This document shows positions 9,283-19,503 of a stretch of 64,000 nt of DNA, piece by piece. The position numbers were made by a program, and so were the translations under genes. How positions within the stretch are numbered: the first letter of the stretch is position 1; every line of letters begins with the position of its first letter. Below the pieces are notes generated by a model, which saw nothing but the letters and a program-made list of their open reading frames with translations, searched no databases and was not told the DNA's origin. Source of the DNA: Patescibacteria group bacterium (lineage in GTDB: Bacteria; Patescibacteriota; Patescibacteriia; Magasanikbacterales; UBA922); NCBI GenBank assembly GCA_018823045.1, contig JAHJIX010000024.1, forward strand, positions 2,677 through 66,676. Direction: 5' to 3'.

Positions 9283-11196
9283 CTAATATCCTTGCGGCGA
9301 TTGCCCGGTTTGTTGTACAAAATCTTTTTTCGCTTCTTCAATTTCGAGTAACTGTCGCGGATCTGAGGTAATCAACTGATCTTCTGTATATGATGCGACG
9401 ATCTTAATAGCAGCATGCTTGAGTCCTGCAAAGAAAATCCCTTCTCCTACCCCACTTTCAAGCAACAAATAGCGCTCCCCTTCTGTTAACATAAATGTTT
9501 TTTGAATCATATCAATCGCTGCAGGAGACTGACGCAATAGTAATTGAAGTGCTGAATTCGTTACAATTGCTTTTCCATAAGAAGAACCCAAAAAGTCATT
9601 CACATCTTGTGTAATCGTTGTTACTCCTAAATAATATTTACGACAACGTTTCACTAATGCATAGATAAACTTTGCAGAATCTTCATGCATCATTAACCAC
9701 CAGGCCTCGTCAATAATAAGCAAGCGTTTTTTCCTTTCGCTACGAACAATATTCCAAATATAGTTAATCAAAGTATAAATTGACATTGGACGAAGCTCAT
9801 CTTCTAAGTCACGTACACTAAACACCACCAACTGATTACTCATATTTACATTTGTTGGCGCATTAAAGAGTCCCGCAAATGTTCCATCTGTATACTTTCG
9901 TAATTTTAATACCAAATTTTCTGCCCCTTGCATTCCTTCTAAGACATCTAAAAAATCTTGCATAATTGGTGCCTCAACGGTCGCCAAATTTGATGAAGGA
10001 GTAATGTCTTTTTTTGCATATGTCTCAAGCAATGCCCGATCAACAATAGAATCCTCTTGCGGGGTCATACTACCAAACATGATCCGAACCAAACCTTTGA
10101 GAGTAATGACGGCACTGCGAATAATATCTTCTGTTGAAATTTGTTCTCCCCCGAGTGGTCGTGGTAAATCAAATGGATTAACATTACTTTCTGACGCCAA
10201 AGAAATGTTAATGTACGTTCCACCCACAGCTTCACTTAAATGTTCGTATTCTTTTTCTGGATCAATAATAATAACATCAATTCCCATCATCAAACTACGA
10301 AGTACCTCTAATTTAACGGCATAAGACTTCCCTGCACCAGAAGTCGCAAACACCACCATATTTGCATTTTGCAATGAAAAACGATCAAACAAGACTAAAC
10401 TATTATTATGGCGATTAATCCCATACAAAATACCATTATCACTCGTTAACTCAGAAGAAATAAACGGAAATGACGATGCAATCGGCGATGAATTCATGTT
10501 AAACGGAATATTCAAATCATCAATCCCGAGTGGTAATGTTGATGTAAACCCTTGCTCAGCCTGATACAACACATGTTTGGTATAAATCAATTTTGACCCA
10601 AACATATTTTCAACATCTTCGGTTACCTTATCTAGCTCTTTTTGTGAAGAAGCATACAGGGTAACATAAAATGCAAACTGAAAAAAATGCTCAATCCCTT
10701 GGGTTAAATCATCTCGTAATTGCTCAATATCTCTAAGAGCAGTTTCACGAATCGGATCACGAGGAGCTCCTTTTTCTGCATCGGCTGACAACTGTGCTTG
10801 AATTGCTCCTACTTTTTTCTTTAATTGTTTTAAAATAATCGTTGACTTGACCGGATAAAAAAACATGCTCAAATCCATGGTCACATTAATATTTAAAATT
10901 GGGGCGCTCCAACCAACAGAAATATAGCGAGGATAAGACACGACAAAAATTGTCCGTAAAAATGTCTCCCCTAATTGAATAAACGTTGATTCAACCCGAA
11001 AGGCTGCTGGCGCAATTAAATCTCTTATCGCAACGGTTCCCTCTCGATAAATACGCTCTTCTTTTAGCGTCACCAATTCTTCTTTTGTTTGTGTTGTATC
11101 ATGTTTTTTCAAAAAAAATCCACGCCGTTGTTTTTCTGGCGTTTGTTGTTTTTTTGGAGCAGAACCCTGCCCGTTTGTCATTGGACTAAATGGCAT
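9283..11196 (-). CDS. VirB4/TrbE/CagE-family conjugal-transfer-type ATPase
   Basis: Walker A is VVFATSGAGKSYAVK. Walker B carries the family-typical DEAW signature (RLLIIDEAWWLMM). A C-terminal GxGxGIFF-like block (ESGVGEGIFF) is present. The ORF is 637 aa. Confidence 0.75.
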   Translation of the reverse strand: MPFSPMTNGQGSAPKKQQTPEKQRRGFFLKKHDTTQTKEELVTLKEERIYREGTVAIRDLIAPAAFRVESTFIQLGETFLRTIFVVSYPRYISVGWSAPILNINVTMDLSMFFYPVKSTIILKQLKKKVGAIQAQLSADAEKGAPRDPIRETALRDIEQLRDDLTQGIEHFFQFAFYVTLYASSQKELDKVTEDVENMFGSKLIYTKHVLYQAEQGFTSTLPLGIDDLNIPFNMNSSPIASSFPFISSELTSDNGILYGINRHNNSLVLFDRFSLQNANMVVFATSGAGKSYAVKLEVLRSLMMGIDVIIIDPEKEYEHLSEAVGGTYINISLASESNVNPFDLPRPLGGEQISTEDIIRSAVITLKGLVRIMFGSMTPQEDSIVDRALLETYAKKDITPSSNLATVEAPIMQDFLDVLEGMQGAENLVLKLRKYTDGTFAGLFNAPTNVNMSNQLVVFSVRDLEDELRPMSIYTLINYIWNIVRSERKKRLLIIDEAWWLMMHEDSAKFIYALVKRCRKYYLGVTTITQDVNDFLGSSYGKAIVTNSALQLLLRQSPAAIDMIQKTFMLTEGERYLLLESGVGEGIFFAGLKHAAIKIVASYTEDQLITSDPRQLLEIEEAKKDFVQQTGQSPQGY

Positions 11197-11199
11197 AAA

Positions 11200-11874
11200 C
11201 TATATGTTTTCAACTTGCAATTGATCAATCGGCTTGAGCTGTTCGATAAATGAAATATCTGGATTATAGGTATTGTAAAACAATTCAATAACGGCTTGTG
11301 TATCAAGTGGTGCAACATATAAACCCATACTGGTAAGTCCACCAATAACTTGACGAACACGACTATCTAAATCTTGTTTTCTTTTTTGAAACTTTTCATC
11401 TTTTAATTTTACCGTTATTGCTGGATGAAATATTTCCTTCGCACGAGACCAAAAACTTTTCTTTTTGTTTGACAATGGATCATATGGCACCACAATATAA
11501 AATTGCTTCGTCATAATTTCTCCAATGTCAACAAGCTCTTTAATAAATGCCCGATAGTCCGCAATCTGAATTTGTAATAACTCATTTGTCTGATCTTTTT
11601 CTATCTTTCGCAAATTATCTAAATATGGCTGAATTTGTAATCGCCGTGATTGCACAATAATTTGTAATGGAAAATCAAGAGAATTCAAAAAACCTACATA
11701 AGAAGAAATCAAGGCAGTTTGCTCATCTTCTGATTTTAATGCAAAATTAATACTGGACGTAATCATCACACTCCGAAGCGTTCCATCTTTAAGAACAACA
11801 ATACCCTCTTTAATTTCTGAAATAGGTAAATGAGCCTGTGTTGAAGGGCGATTGTTTTTTTTCTTTTGTGCCAT
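11200..11874 (-). CDS. hypothetical protein, possible VirB4 N-terminal-domain-like component
   Basis: It is 3 nt upstream of the VirB4-like gene. The sequence pattern ISEIKEGIVVLKDGTLRSVMITSSINFALKSEDEQ..FLNSL..QIIV resembles the N-terminal substrate/membrane domain of Gram-positive VirB4-family proteins. This is inference only. Confidence 0.4.
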   Translation of the reverse strand: MAQKKKNNRPSTQAHLPISEIKEGIVVLKDGTLRSVMITSSINFALKSEDEQTALISSYVGFLNSLDFPLQIIVQSRRLQIQPYLDNLRKIEKDQTNELLQIQIADYRAFIKELVDIGEIMTKQFYIVVPYDPLSNKKKSFWSRAKEIFHPAITVKLKDEKFQKRKQDLDSRVRQVIGGLTSMGLYVAPLDTQAVIELFYNTYNPDISFIEQLKPIDQLQVENI

Positions 11875-11901
11875 AATGACATGAGCTACTATATATACCT
11901 A

Positions 11902-12333
11902 TTATACATCATCTGCCTTATAATAACCACCAGTATTTACAAGCAAAGATAAATCATGAATATGCTTTCTCTTTACTGTTTTTTGTTCAATAGCGACCTC
12001 TTCTTTTTTATCGATACCGAGCTCCATGAAATACTGCAATTCTTTATCTGTATATGACTTTTTCCAAATACGTAAACTAGGTTTTTTTAATGATTCAGAA
12101 ATATTTAACATAAAATAATGAAATGATTGACCATTTACTTTTGCAAATGCCAAAATAAGCGAAAAACCACCAATAAAAAATGTTAATATAATAAACAAGG
12201 TAAAATCAACAAAACGATTCAACAAAAAAATAATCATGCCAGTAACCAACAATATTAAAAATTGCCGAGTAGTCACTGGCCCAAAAATTTTATCTTCAAC
12301 ATCAATAAATTGTGGAACAACGAACTGTTGCAT
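11902..12333 (-). CDS. small membrane protein with two TM helices (VirB3-like position and topology)
   Basis: The hydrophobic hairpin is FLILLVTGMIIFLLNRFVDFTLFIILTFFIGGFSLILAF. It lies upstream of the VirB4-like module, matching the canonical VirB3-VirB4 gene order. Confidence 0.4.
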   Translation of the reverse strand: MQQFVVPQFIDVEDKIFGPVTTRQFLILLVTGMIIFLLNRFVDFTLFIILTFFIGGFSLILAFAKVNGQSFHYFMLNISESLKKPSLRIWKKSYTDKELQYFMELGIDKKEEVAIEQKTVKRKHIHDLSLLVNTGGYYKADDV

Positions 12334-12431
12334 AGCTATTATCTTATTTCTGTATCAAGTATTTTTTGACTTTTTGATGCGTTTAATTTCAGTTGTCCGA
12401 TTTTTTCGGACAACTAAACACATACAATATA

Positions 12432-14036
12432 CTACCCCAAAACAGTTCTATTAATACGAACAATAGCATCAAATTCTTCTTGGCTTAACTGCTGATACTG
12501 TGCCAATATTTGAACAATTGGCAATTGTTGCCGAATTGCATCAGCCACAACATCTTGATACAAACGAAATAATGGACTAGAACGCCAAGCATCTTGCGCA
12601 TCTAAAAACAATATATAACTTTCTTTTTGCAACCGTTGCATTTTTTCAACAATTTTACTTACTTGCGCGTCAGCATGATCACTTAAACGACGAAATTCTT
12701 CAAGCGTATACCCAGCTAACTCTTCTACTGGCCCAACAGCTTTACGTGTATAGTTTGGGGCAACAACATCTTGCACAAGTGGTTTTTGTGGCATACTCGG
12801 TCGTTGTGGAGCAATCGGTACAGTATAGGGAATATCTCGAGCAGGTTCCTCAGGAATGATATTTGGTTTTGGAGCAACAACTTCTTTTGGTACTTCTTTA
12901 GCAGAATCAATCGCAGGAAGTTCATCAACTTCTTGCGTAGACACTTGATGCATTTCTTCCATTATTTTTGCAGCAACAGTCGCATCAAGTCCCAATCCTC
13001 CTTGATCTACTGCCTGTAATAAATAATTTAATACTTCTCTACGTGTTCGGATTCCTTTTAAAAATGATACTGCTAAAGCCGCAAAACGATCTTCTAATTC
13101 TTGAGGAATACTTCCTTTTACCGCAGCAATCATATGCATTTTTTTCTGCACAAGCTCTTCATCTAGTGAAGAAACTCCCCCACCTTCTTCCAATGAATCA
13201 TCTTCTTCCAAAAGTGAAGAATAATCTTCGTTCCCCCACTCAACTTGTTTTTTTTCTTCTTTCTTTGGCACACGCACACCCAAATCATCAAATTGCACTT
13301 TTTCTTTCACCATTGCTTCTGCTTCGTTAACAAATGCATGTGCTACGGGTGTTGTTGTTGCCAACTCATGCGCTGCCTCTACCATAAGCTCTTTTGCCTC
13401 TGGCACAATACCAAACATTTCATCAGTGACCTTAAAATCATCTTCCTCTTCATCAAAATCAGGAAGATCTGACAAATCAAACAATCGATCATCGTCATTA
13501 TCTACAACAGGATCAATATCTGGTAAATCACTTAAATCAAACAATATTTCCCCGTCGTCTGCATCATCTACTGGGATCGGTGTTTTATCTTCCACTTTTT
13601 TTTGCTTATCTAAGACAAACACAATATCATCACTATTATCTACCGCTCCTGGCAACATATCTGCATCAATATACGGAATTTTTTCTTTTTGCTCTTCAAT
13701 CTTTTTCGCAACCGGTACGGTTGTCTGTGTGGTTACTTTATTTTTTCTACGACGACGTCGTTTTTTCTTTACAGGCAAAGAAGCCAGATCTTTTATTTCA
13801 TTATTATTGTCTTTCACTTGAACAACAGCAGGTTTATGTGAAGACGTAACTTTCGTGTTTTGAACAACAGGTTTGCTTGGCACAACTTTAGTGGAACTGG
13901 ACTTGTCAGGCGCAACTTTAGTGGAGCCTGAAGCACGAAGCTCAGCCAATGTCATACGAACAGAAGTTCCATCTTTTTTCTTTACCAAAATACTAGGTTG
14001 TGATGTAGTTTTTTGATCCATACTTATATATTCCAT
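12432..14036 (-). CDS. highly acidic, low-complexity (D/E-rich) protein with a KKKRRRRRKNK patch; hypothetical T4SS-operon component
   Basis: A 534-aa ORF. Long D/E runs (DDADDGEILFDLSDLPDIDPVVDNDDD) are repeated with an FDLSDLPD motif. Its start overlaps the upstream gene by 13 nt, which suggests translational coupling. Confidence 0.5.
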   Translation of the reverse strand: MEYISMDQKTTSQPSILVKKKDGTSVRMTLAELRASGSTKVAPDKSSSTKVVPSKPVVQNTKVTSSHKPAVVQVKDNNNEIKDLASLPVKKKRRRRRKNKVTTQTTVPVAKKIEEQKEKIPYIDADMLPGAVDNSDDIVFVLDKQKKVEDKTPIPVDDADDGEILFDLSDLPDIDPVVDNDDDRLFDLSDLPDFDEEEDDFKVTDEMFGIVPEAKELMVEAAHELATTTPVAHAFVNEAEAMVKEKVQFDDLGVRVPKKEEKKQVEWGNEDYSSLLEEDDSLEEGGGVSSLDEELVQKKMHMIAAVKGSIPQELEDRFAALAVSFLKGIRTRREVLNYLLQAVDQGGLGLDATVAAKIMEEMHQVSTQEVDELPAIDSAKEVPKEVVAPKPNIIPEEPARDIPYTVPIAPQRPSMPQKPLVQDVVAPNYTRKAVGPVEELAGYTLEEFRRLSDHADAQVSKIVEKMQRLQKESYILFLDAQDAWRSSPLFRLYQDVVADAIRQQLPIVQILAQYQQLSQEEFDAIVRINRTVLG

Positions 14037-15151
14037 TGAAAAGAGGTTGTTGTTTCATCAAAAAAGATTAAGTCAGGCTCAGTATAGCCTTGTGATTGAA
14101 ACCAGGTATCTAAATCGAGTAATTTTTGAATATGCTCTTCTGTTAATTGCAACATTTGTTTTTTTAATTCTTTTGCAACGCTTTGTTTTGCTTGTTTTTT
14201 ATCTTTATCTTGAGCCCAGGTTAAAAATGCACTTTTTCCTTCATCACTTTGCATCCATGCTAGTGGGGTTTTGTTTGTTTGCAATTGATTGAGAAAATTT
14301 GGTTTTTTTGGAGTGGCAACTTCTTGAATTATTTCAGTAGTTTTAGGAAAAACATCAGAAATTGGTTGATTAGAAAATTCATGCGGCGTTAACACAATAT
14401 CTGCTTGACCTGAATTTTTCAATTCTTGGACAACCCGTTCTTGATCTTTTTCTAATAATTCATACCAATCATCATGCTCTAAATGAAGTAATATATCGGG
14501 CAAATCGTTTTTTTTAGTATCTTGAAAAAAGGTAACAACATCAATAAAATTATTGACACATTCTTCTGAAGAAAAAAATGGAAAATGCTGCACCACGGCC
14601 TGATACGCAGTAGGTACACCCACAAAATTTACTAATTCTTTATATAACTGACTCCGGCCAAAACTATCCATTTTTTTATTGTTCATTCGTGTAACGATAT
14701 CTTTAATGGTATAAACTTTTCCATTTATCTCTCCTAAATACGCACTTGATTCTAACAAAGATTTTTTACAAAATGAAAATAATTCCATTGATTCTTCATC
14801 TGTATTTGACCATTGAATACAATAAGAGAGCAACTTATCAATTGGATCAAAACCTAACTGAATAGCAAGCCAAATTTGACGTTCAAAGGCATCTACAATT
14901 TCTACTCGTTTAAGTAATTGCCATTTTTGCCAAGTTAACTGTGTATACCAACGAAGATAACTATGTAAAACAATACGATCATTTTGTTTATCTTGTGTTG
15001 AAAAGTATTTTAACCACTCAAGCCAGAGTTGATCTCGCTGTGCAGGATCATCATATGCAATCCAAAAGGCGTCTTCGAGTTGTTTAAACTCCGAAGGATT
15101 TTGAATGATATGTACTTGTAATAATTTTTGATCCATACTATTATTATGCAT
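14024..15151 (-). CDS. hypothetical protein (T4SS-like operon)
   Basis: A 375-aa ORF. It is 3 nt downstream of the VirB6-like gene and overlaps the next gene. No recognisable motif. Confidence 0.5.
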   Translation of the reverse strand: MHNNSMDQKLLQVHIIQNPSEFKQLEDAFWIAYDDPAQRDQLWLEWLKYFSTQDKQNDRIVLHSYLRWYTQLTWQKWQLLKRVEIVDAFERQIWLAIQLGFDPIDKLLSYCIQWSNTDEESMELFSFCKKSLLESSAYLGEINGKVYTIKDIVTRMNNKKMDSFGRSQLYKELVNFVGVPTAYQAVVQHFPFFSSEECVNNFIDVVTFFQDTKKNDLPDILLHLEHDDWYELLEKDQERVVQELKNSGQADIVLTPHEFSNQPISDVFPKTTEIIQEVATPKKPNFLNQLQTNKTPLAWMQSDEGKSAFLTWAQDKDKKQAKQSVAKELKKQMLQLTEEHIQKLLDLDTWFQSQGYTEPDLIFFDETTTSFQWNI

Positions 15152-15154
15152 TTA

Positions 15155-18100
15155 TTATGGGTTTCCTCCTTGAGGAGTTGGTGATGGATTTTGAGGTGGT
15201 CGTGGAGGTAAAAGGGGAATACCTAAACTTCTATGTAAATCAGCAGTACGTTCTTGAAAAAGTACTTTTGCATTATGATCAGTAAATCCATCAACAATAC
15301 TCCTTAATAACTTTTCTATATTACCCTTAGCTGCATCATCCATTCCTTCAATCTTAATTCCATTAATTGACTTCCATAAAGAAGACTGCACTTGAGTTGC
15401 CAAAGTATTAGCATTTTTACCTTCAAATAAACTAGTAACTGTCTGTATTTGCGCATTACTTATGCCAGTGACTCCTAATTTTTTCACTTTCTTCTTTATA
15501 TCATTGCCATTAGCATCTTTCTTTGGTTGCCCACTGTCATCTGTATCCACAACTTCTACTTCAACTTGCCCCATTGTCATTAAACTACCAATTTCATCAA
15601 CGGTATTTAACTTTATACGCCCAGCATAATAATCAAGGGTATCTTGATCTAATGTTTGTTGTCTACTTTGTTTTTGTGTTTCTGCTGTTACAGGATCTTC
15701 TTTTACTCCCCAAGTAGCTACATGTTTTTTTGTATCATGATCATAATAATTTCCAGAACCAAACGAAAGTTTCAACTCACCAGGCTGGTCATCCTTACCT
15801 CTTGTAACTCCTTCTGAAACAATCCCAATATTATTGGTATCTCCTAACATAGCTGCCGTCTTTTGAGATTTTAATAATTGTCTCATAACAGCTTGTCTTG
15901 CTTCGTCACCTCCATATGCATTATTAAATTCTATCATGGCTTCTTCCATTCCTCCGTCATTGTTTTCGACAACCCTTCCAAGTAAACGAGATAAATGTGC
16001 ACGAACACGATTTTTTTCATTTAATTCAACATCTTCAGGATTTGATTGATCGGCCCAACCAATTGTATTTAAACCAACAGTTAATCCATCACGAGCTGAT
16101 TCAAGATCAGCGGTATTATTGATAGTTGTTAAAGAAGTCTTTTGACGAATTAACGCATCACGTAATTTAGCTTGTTCTCGTGTAGCTGTACCTCCAGAGT
16201 GTCTAATTTCATCTTGAACTTTTTTCAAAGCTCTCCCCAACTGCGCTTCTGTTTGCATTCTTTCAGCATAATTTAAAGAACCAAATACCTCGGCATCTTT
16301 TTTAGCCCAAGTATCTTCAAACATTCGTAAAGCAGCTGTAGCACGAGGAATATCTCCTGCAGCAGCATAGTCATCGGCTGTAGCTCTTGCAATTTTTCTT
16401 TCTGTTTCTCGTTGAATGTCAAGAGCAATACGTGCACTACCAGCACTCTCAAGTGCCGCCTTAATAGTTCCTTCATATTCAAGTGCTCTATCTCCTCTCT
16501 TACCAATTTCATCAGCAACAGTTCCTTTTTTCTTTTTTTGTTCACCACCTTTAATTCGTCCTCCCATTAATAATTCTTGTTGACCAAAAGATTGAAATTC
16601 TCTATCTTTTTCTGCTTTTCTTTTTTTCTCTCCTTGCATAACACCTTCTAAAAACCTATCACGAGGAAGACCTGCTAAATCACTTAAATCAATACGGTTT
16701 TCAGGACTAATATTATAAGTTCCGTCATCATTTCTTAATGCCGCTACTTCCTCTTTTTTTAAGATTCTGCCTTCTTTATTATAAGCAGCAACTCTATTAC
16801 CATCTTGATCAGTATAGACATGTTTTTGTTCAATCACGACAGTAGCCTTACCATCTTTATGTGCTAATCCTTTTATTTCATGGCCATCTCGATCTCGTTC
16901 ATTAAACTGATATGTCATTAACATACCTGTTTGTGCTTCAGTTCTTGTATATACTAATGACTCTTCCATTTTTGCGGCACCCTCCATTTTTTTCCATCTT
17001 TTTTGTCTATCCACATAACCACGCACACCACGCCCAATAAATTTTTGTATTCCTCCCATAGAAGGATCTCCCTCTGCCACACGACGCCCTAATGACCACA
17101 TATGTGCTTTTGCCGCATATCCTTCAGCTTTTAATCTATCCATAGGAATAGATGCCGCTAATTTACCAATCCCCTTAGCCACACCAACAGTCTTACCACC
17201 CAACCATCTCCCAGCAGCAACACCACTCGCGATTGTTCCAACTTTTTTTCCAAATTCTTTTGCATTTGAGACCATGCCACTTCCCATAGTTCCTAATTTG
17301 GACACTTGATCAATACCAACATACAAAAAGGCAAGGGCTACTGCAAAATTCGCTAAATTATCCCAACTCCCAGCAGCATTTAACGATACACCGGGTTTTG
17401 CCTGAGTAACTTCATCAATTTTTGTTAAATCAACATTTGCTTTTAATGGATGATTTGTCTGTAAATGCCCATATGCTCCTGACTCTCCACCCAGTGTCGC
17501 AAAGGCGAGCCACATGAAAAACACCATAATTGGCGCTGCAACGAGATAATTGAAAAATTCTTTCCAAAATTGATCACCGTATGATTTTGTATTTGGCAGT
17601 ACAGCAAGTAAAAATGCTAATGGAGACAAAATCATTGCCGTCCAAAGTGCAACCATACGCGCAAGTGCCACAACAACATAAGCGAGTATCATCATCATCG
17701 CCATACCAGCAATGACAATAGCCATGACACTCGCCCCAAAGACTTCAATATCTACCCGTTCCCCTTGATATCCATTACCACCTAAAGCAATTTCTAGTAC
17801 TTTATCAAAAGAAAATAATTGTATTAAGTTACCACCCGCAGTGGCTGCAATAGCATTTAAAAACGTAATCGTAAAGACTTGCACGACGTCAATCATGAGC
17901 TGCAAGATCATGTTACTAAAATTAACCAATACCGCAGCAATAACTAATTTTACTAATGTTTTTCTCCACTCATATTGCTCTATTCCTAATATTGTTCCAA
18001 AGGCAATGGCCATGAGTATAACAATAAAAAACATATTGACCACATCACGCACCATATTCCACCCAAGCTTTACCACAGGCGCATCGATATAGTTATTATA

Positions 18101-18358
18101 CCCAGTAACTAAGATGAAAAATTTTAAAAAGAAAATGGTCATCTGAATAAATAAGCGAGCAATCATTAAAATTAATTTACTCACTGCATTTAAAATGCCA
18201 TCAGTAACGGTTGTTAAATCAAAGGCAGCATATACTGGCTCAACAAAAAACAATACACCAAGCATTACAGCGCTTAAACCAAAGAATACTGCCACGCTTT
18301 TCCGGCCAGTTATTTTTATTTTTTTTAGCTTTTGATACATCCTTTTTATCGGGTTCAT
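15155..18358 (-). CDS. VirB6/TrbL-like polytopic membrane protein with long hydrophilic C-terminal extension
   Basis: An N-terminal ~400 aa carries at least six predicted TM helices (VAVFFGLSAVMLGVLFFV, IFFLKFFILVTGY, FFIVILMAIAFGTILGI, LVIAAVLVNFSNMILQLMIDVV, VMAIVIAGMAMMMILAYVVVALARMVALWTAMILSPLAFLLAVL, LVAAPIMVFFMWLAFATLG). A charged C-terminal half of ~600 aa follows. This is the typical architecture of Gram-positive and CPR VirB6-like proteins. Confidence 0.6.
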   Translation of the reverse strand: MNPIKRMYQKLKKIKITGRKSVAVFFGLSAVMLGVLFFVEPVYAAFDLTTVTDGILNAVSKLILMIARLFIQMTIFFLKFFILVTGYNNYIDAPVVKLGWNMVRDVVNMFFIVILMAIAFGTILGIEQYEWRKTLVKLVIAAVLVNFSNMILQLMIDVVQVFTITFLNAIAATAGGNLIQLFSFDKVLEIALGGNGYQGERVDIEVFGASVMAIVIAGMAMMMILAYVVVALARMVALWTAMILSPLAFLLAVLPNTKSYGDQFWKEFFNYLVAAPIMVFFMWLAFATLGGESGAYGHLQTNHPLKANVDLTKIDEVTQAKPGVSLNAAGSWDNLANFAVALAFLYVGIDQVSKLGTMGSGMVSNAKEFGKKVGTIASGVAAGRWLGGKTVGVAKGIGKLAASIPMDRLKAEGYAAKAHMWSLGRRVAEGDPSMGGIQKFIGRGVRGYVDRQKRWKKMEGAAKMEESLVYTRTEAQTGMLMTYQFNERDRDGHEIKGLAHKDGKATVVIEQKHVYTDQDGNRVAAYNKEGRILKKEEVAALRNDDGTYNISPENRIDLSDLAGLPRDRFLEGVMQGEKKRKAEKDREFQSFGQQELLMGGRIKGGEQKKKKGTVADEIGKRGDRALEYEGTIKAALESAGSARIALDIQRETERKIARATADDYAAAGDIPRATAALRMFEDTWAKKDAEVFGSLNYAERMQTEAQLGRALKKVQDEIRHSGGTATREQAKLRDALIRQKTSLTTINNTADLESARDGLTVGLNTIGWADQSNPEDVELNEKNRVRAHLSRLLGRVVENNDGGMEEAMIEFNNAYGGDEARQAVMRQLLKSQKTAAMLGDTNNIGIVSEGVTRGKDDQPGELKLSFGSGNYYDHDTKKHVATWGVKEDPVTAETQKQSRQQTLDQDTLDYYAGRIKLNTVDEIGSLMTMGQVEVEVVDTDDSGQPKKDANGNDIKKKVKKLGVTGISNAQIQTVTSLFEGKNANTLATQVQSSLWKSINGIKIEGMDDAAKGNIEKLLRSIVDGFTDHNAKVLFQERTADLHRSLGIPLLPPRPPQNPSPTPQGGNP

Positions 18359-18441
18359 GGAAAATAGTATTATGTACCCATATGTGGATATATTATACCA
18401 TATTATTTGATCTATGTGAAAGGATGCTTTCTACGATGTTG

Positions 18442-19494
18442 TTATACCCTAAAATAATGATGTACAGCAAATTCAAATTGTTTTTTAAATAATTCTTTAA
18501 AATAAGAAATATTTTGTTGCTCATAAAAAAGAACAACTGCTTTTTTATATTCAGCATTTTCTACTCCTCTAAATGATAGCGGGCAAATATCATAAGCAAA
18601 TAAGAGCGCATTGCCCATTAATCGGCTCGTCCGTTTATTTCCATCTTCAAATGCTTGAATATATGCAATGCACACCATAAGTAATACCACCTTATCAAAT
18701 GGGTTTTTTGCTTTGTTTACTAATACACAAGTTTTTTCTAATGCTTCACGTATCTGAAATTCATTATCAAGTGGCAAATACTCTGTCCCCACAATCCGCA
18801 CCATTGTCTTTCGCAAATTTCGAGAAATACCCAAATCCTTGGTCAATAATGAATGAACATCTTCAACCTTTGCAACAGAAATATCTTTAAATATATCTGC
18901 ATTTTTTTGAATATACTCTAAAGCAAATTTATGATTTAATAACATTACACTTTCACTATGACTATGATTTGGTGCTTCTTTTGCTTCTTTAAGTAATACC
19001 TCTGTATCAAGCAAAGAGTAAGTATTCCCCTCTAATTGAGAAGATTTCCAACTCAGCTCAATCATAAGTCGTTCATATTCCTTTTGCAATAATGTAGAAG
19101 AAAGCTGTTGTTTATGTTTTCTATATGTAGTATTTAATGCTTCTAACTCTATTATCTCATCTTCATTAAATATGTTAGTTTCCATATCAAACACAGAAAA
19201 ATCAAATTGCTGATTTATTTTTCTTTGATCAAATTCCGTTTGAAAATACTCCTCAACATTAACAGGATATAACACCTTATACGTTGCAGATAATATATAT
19301 ACCAAAGCCCTTCCCTTTCCTTTTTTCTCTAGATATTTCAAATCAAGAAGAACATTTATATCTCTATTTACCGTAATCTTTGAAATGTTTTCCTCAGTAT
19401 TTTGTAAAAAAGACAATAAATCAGAAATAGATCCTTCATTATGTTCTTTTATATATGCAAGAATATACTCTTGTCTCTTATTTATTTTGATCAT
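18442..19494 (-). CDS. Fic/DOC-family protein with N-terminal DeoR-like winged helix; catalytic His of the Fic motif replaced (QAFEDGNKRTSR)
   Basis: The N-terminus MIKINKRQEYILAYIKEHNEGSISDLLSFL is DeoR-like. The conserved Fic block SSQLEGNTYS is present. The region aligning to HPFx[DE]GNGRxxR reads IQAFEDGNKRTSRL. The start is ambiguous: in-frame candidates are ATG 19494 (chosen, best for the HTH domain boundary), ATG 19515 and GTG 19530. Confidence 0.6.
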   Translation of the reverse strand: MIKINKRQEYILAYIKEHNEGSISDLLSFLQNTEENISKITVNRDINVLLDLKYLEKKGKGRALVYILSATYKVLYPVNVEEYFQTEFDQRKINQQFDFSVFDMETNIFNEDEIIELEALNTTYRKHKQQLSSTLLQKEYERLMIELSWKSSQLEGNTYSLLDTEVLLKEAKEAPNHSHSESVMLLNHKFALEYIQKNADIFKDISVAKVEDVHSLLTKDLGISRNLRKTMVRIVGTEYLPLDNEFQIREALEKTCVLVNKAKNPFDKVVLLMVCIAYIQAFEDGNKRTSRLMGNALLFAYDICPLSFRGVENAEYKKAVVLFYEQQNISYFKELFKKQFEFAVHHYFRV

Positions 19495-19503
19495 AAAAAA
19501 GTT

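Noticed and set aside
12725-13849. Multiple plus- and minus-strand ORFs overlapping the acidic 534-aa gene
   Set aside because: Low-complexity shadow ORFs (S-rich, F-rich). The 534-aa frame is the only one bounded by operon-consistent start/stop junctions.
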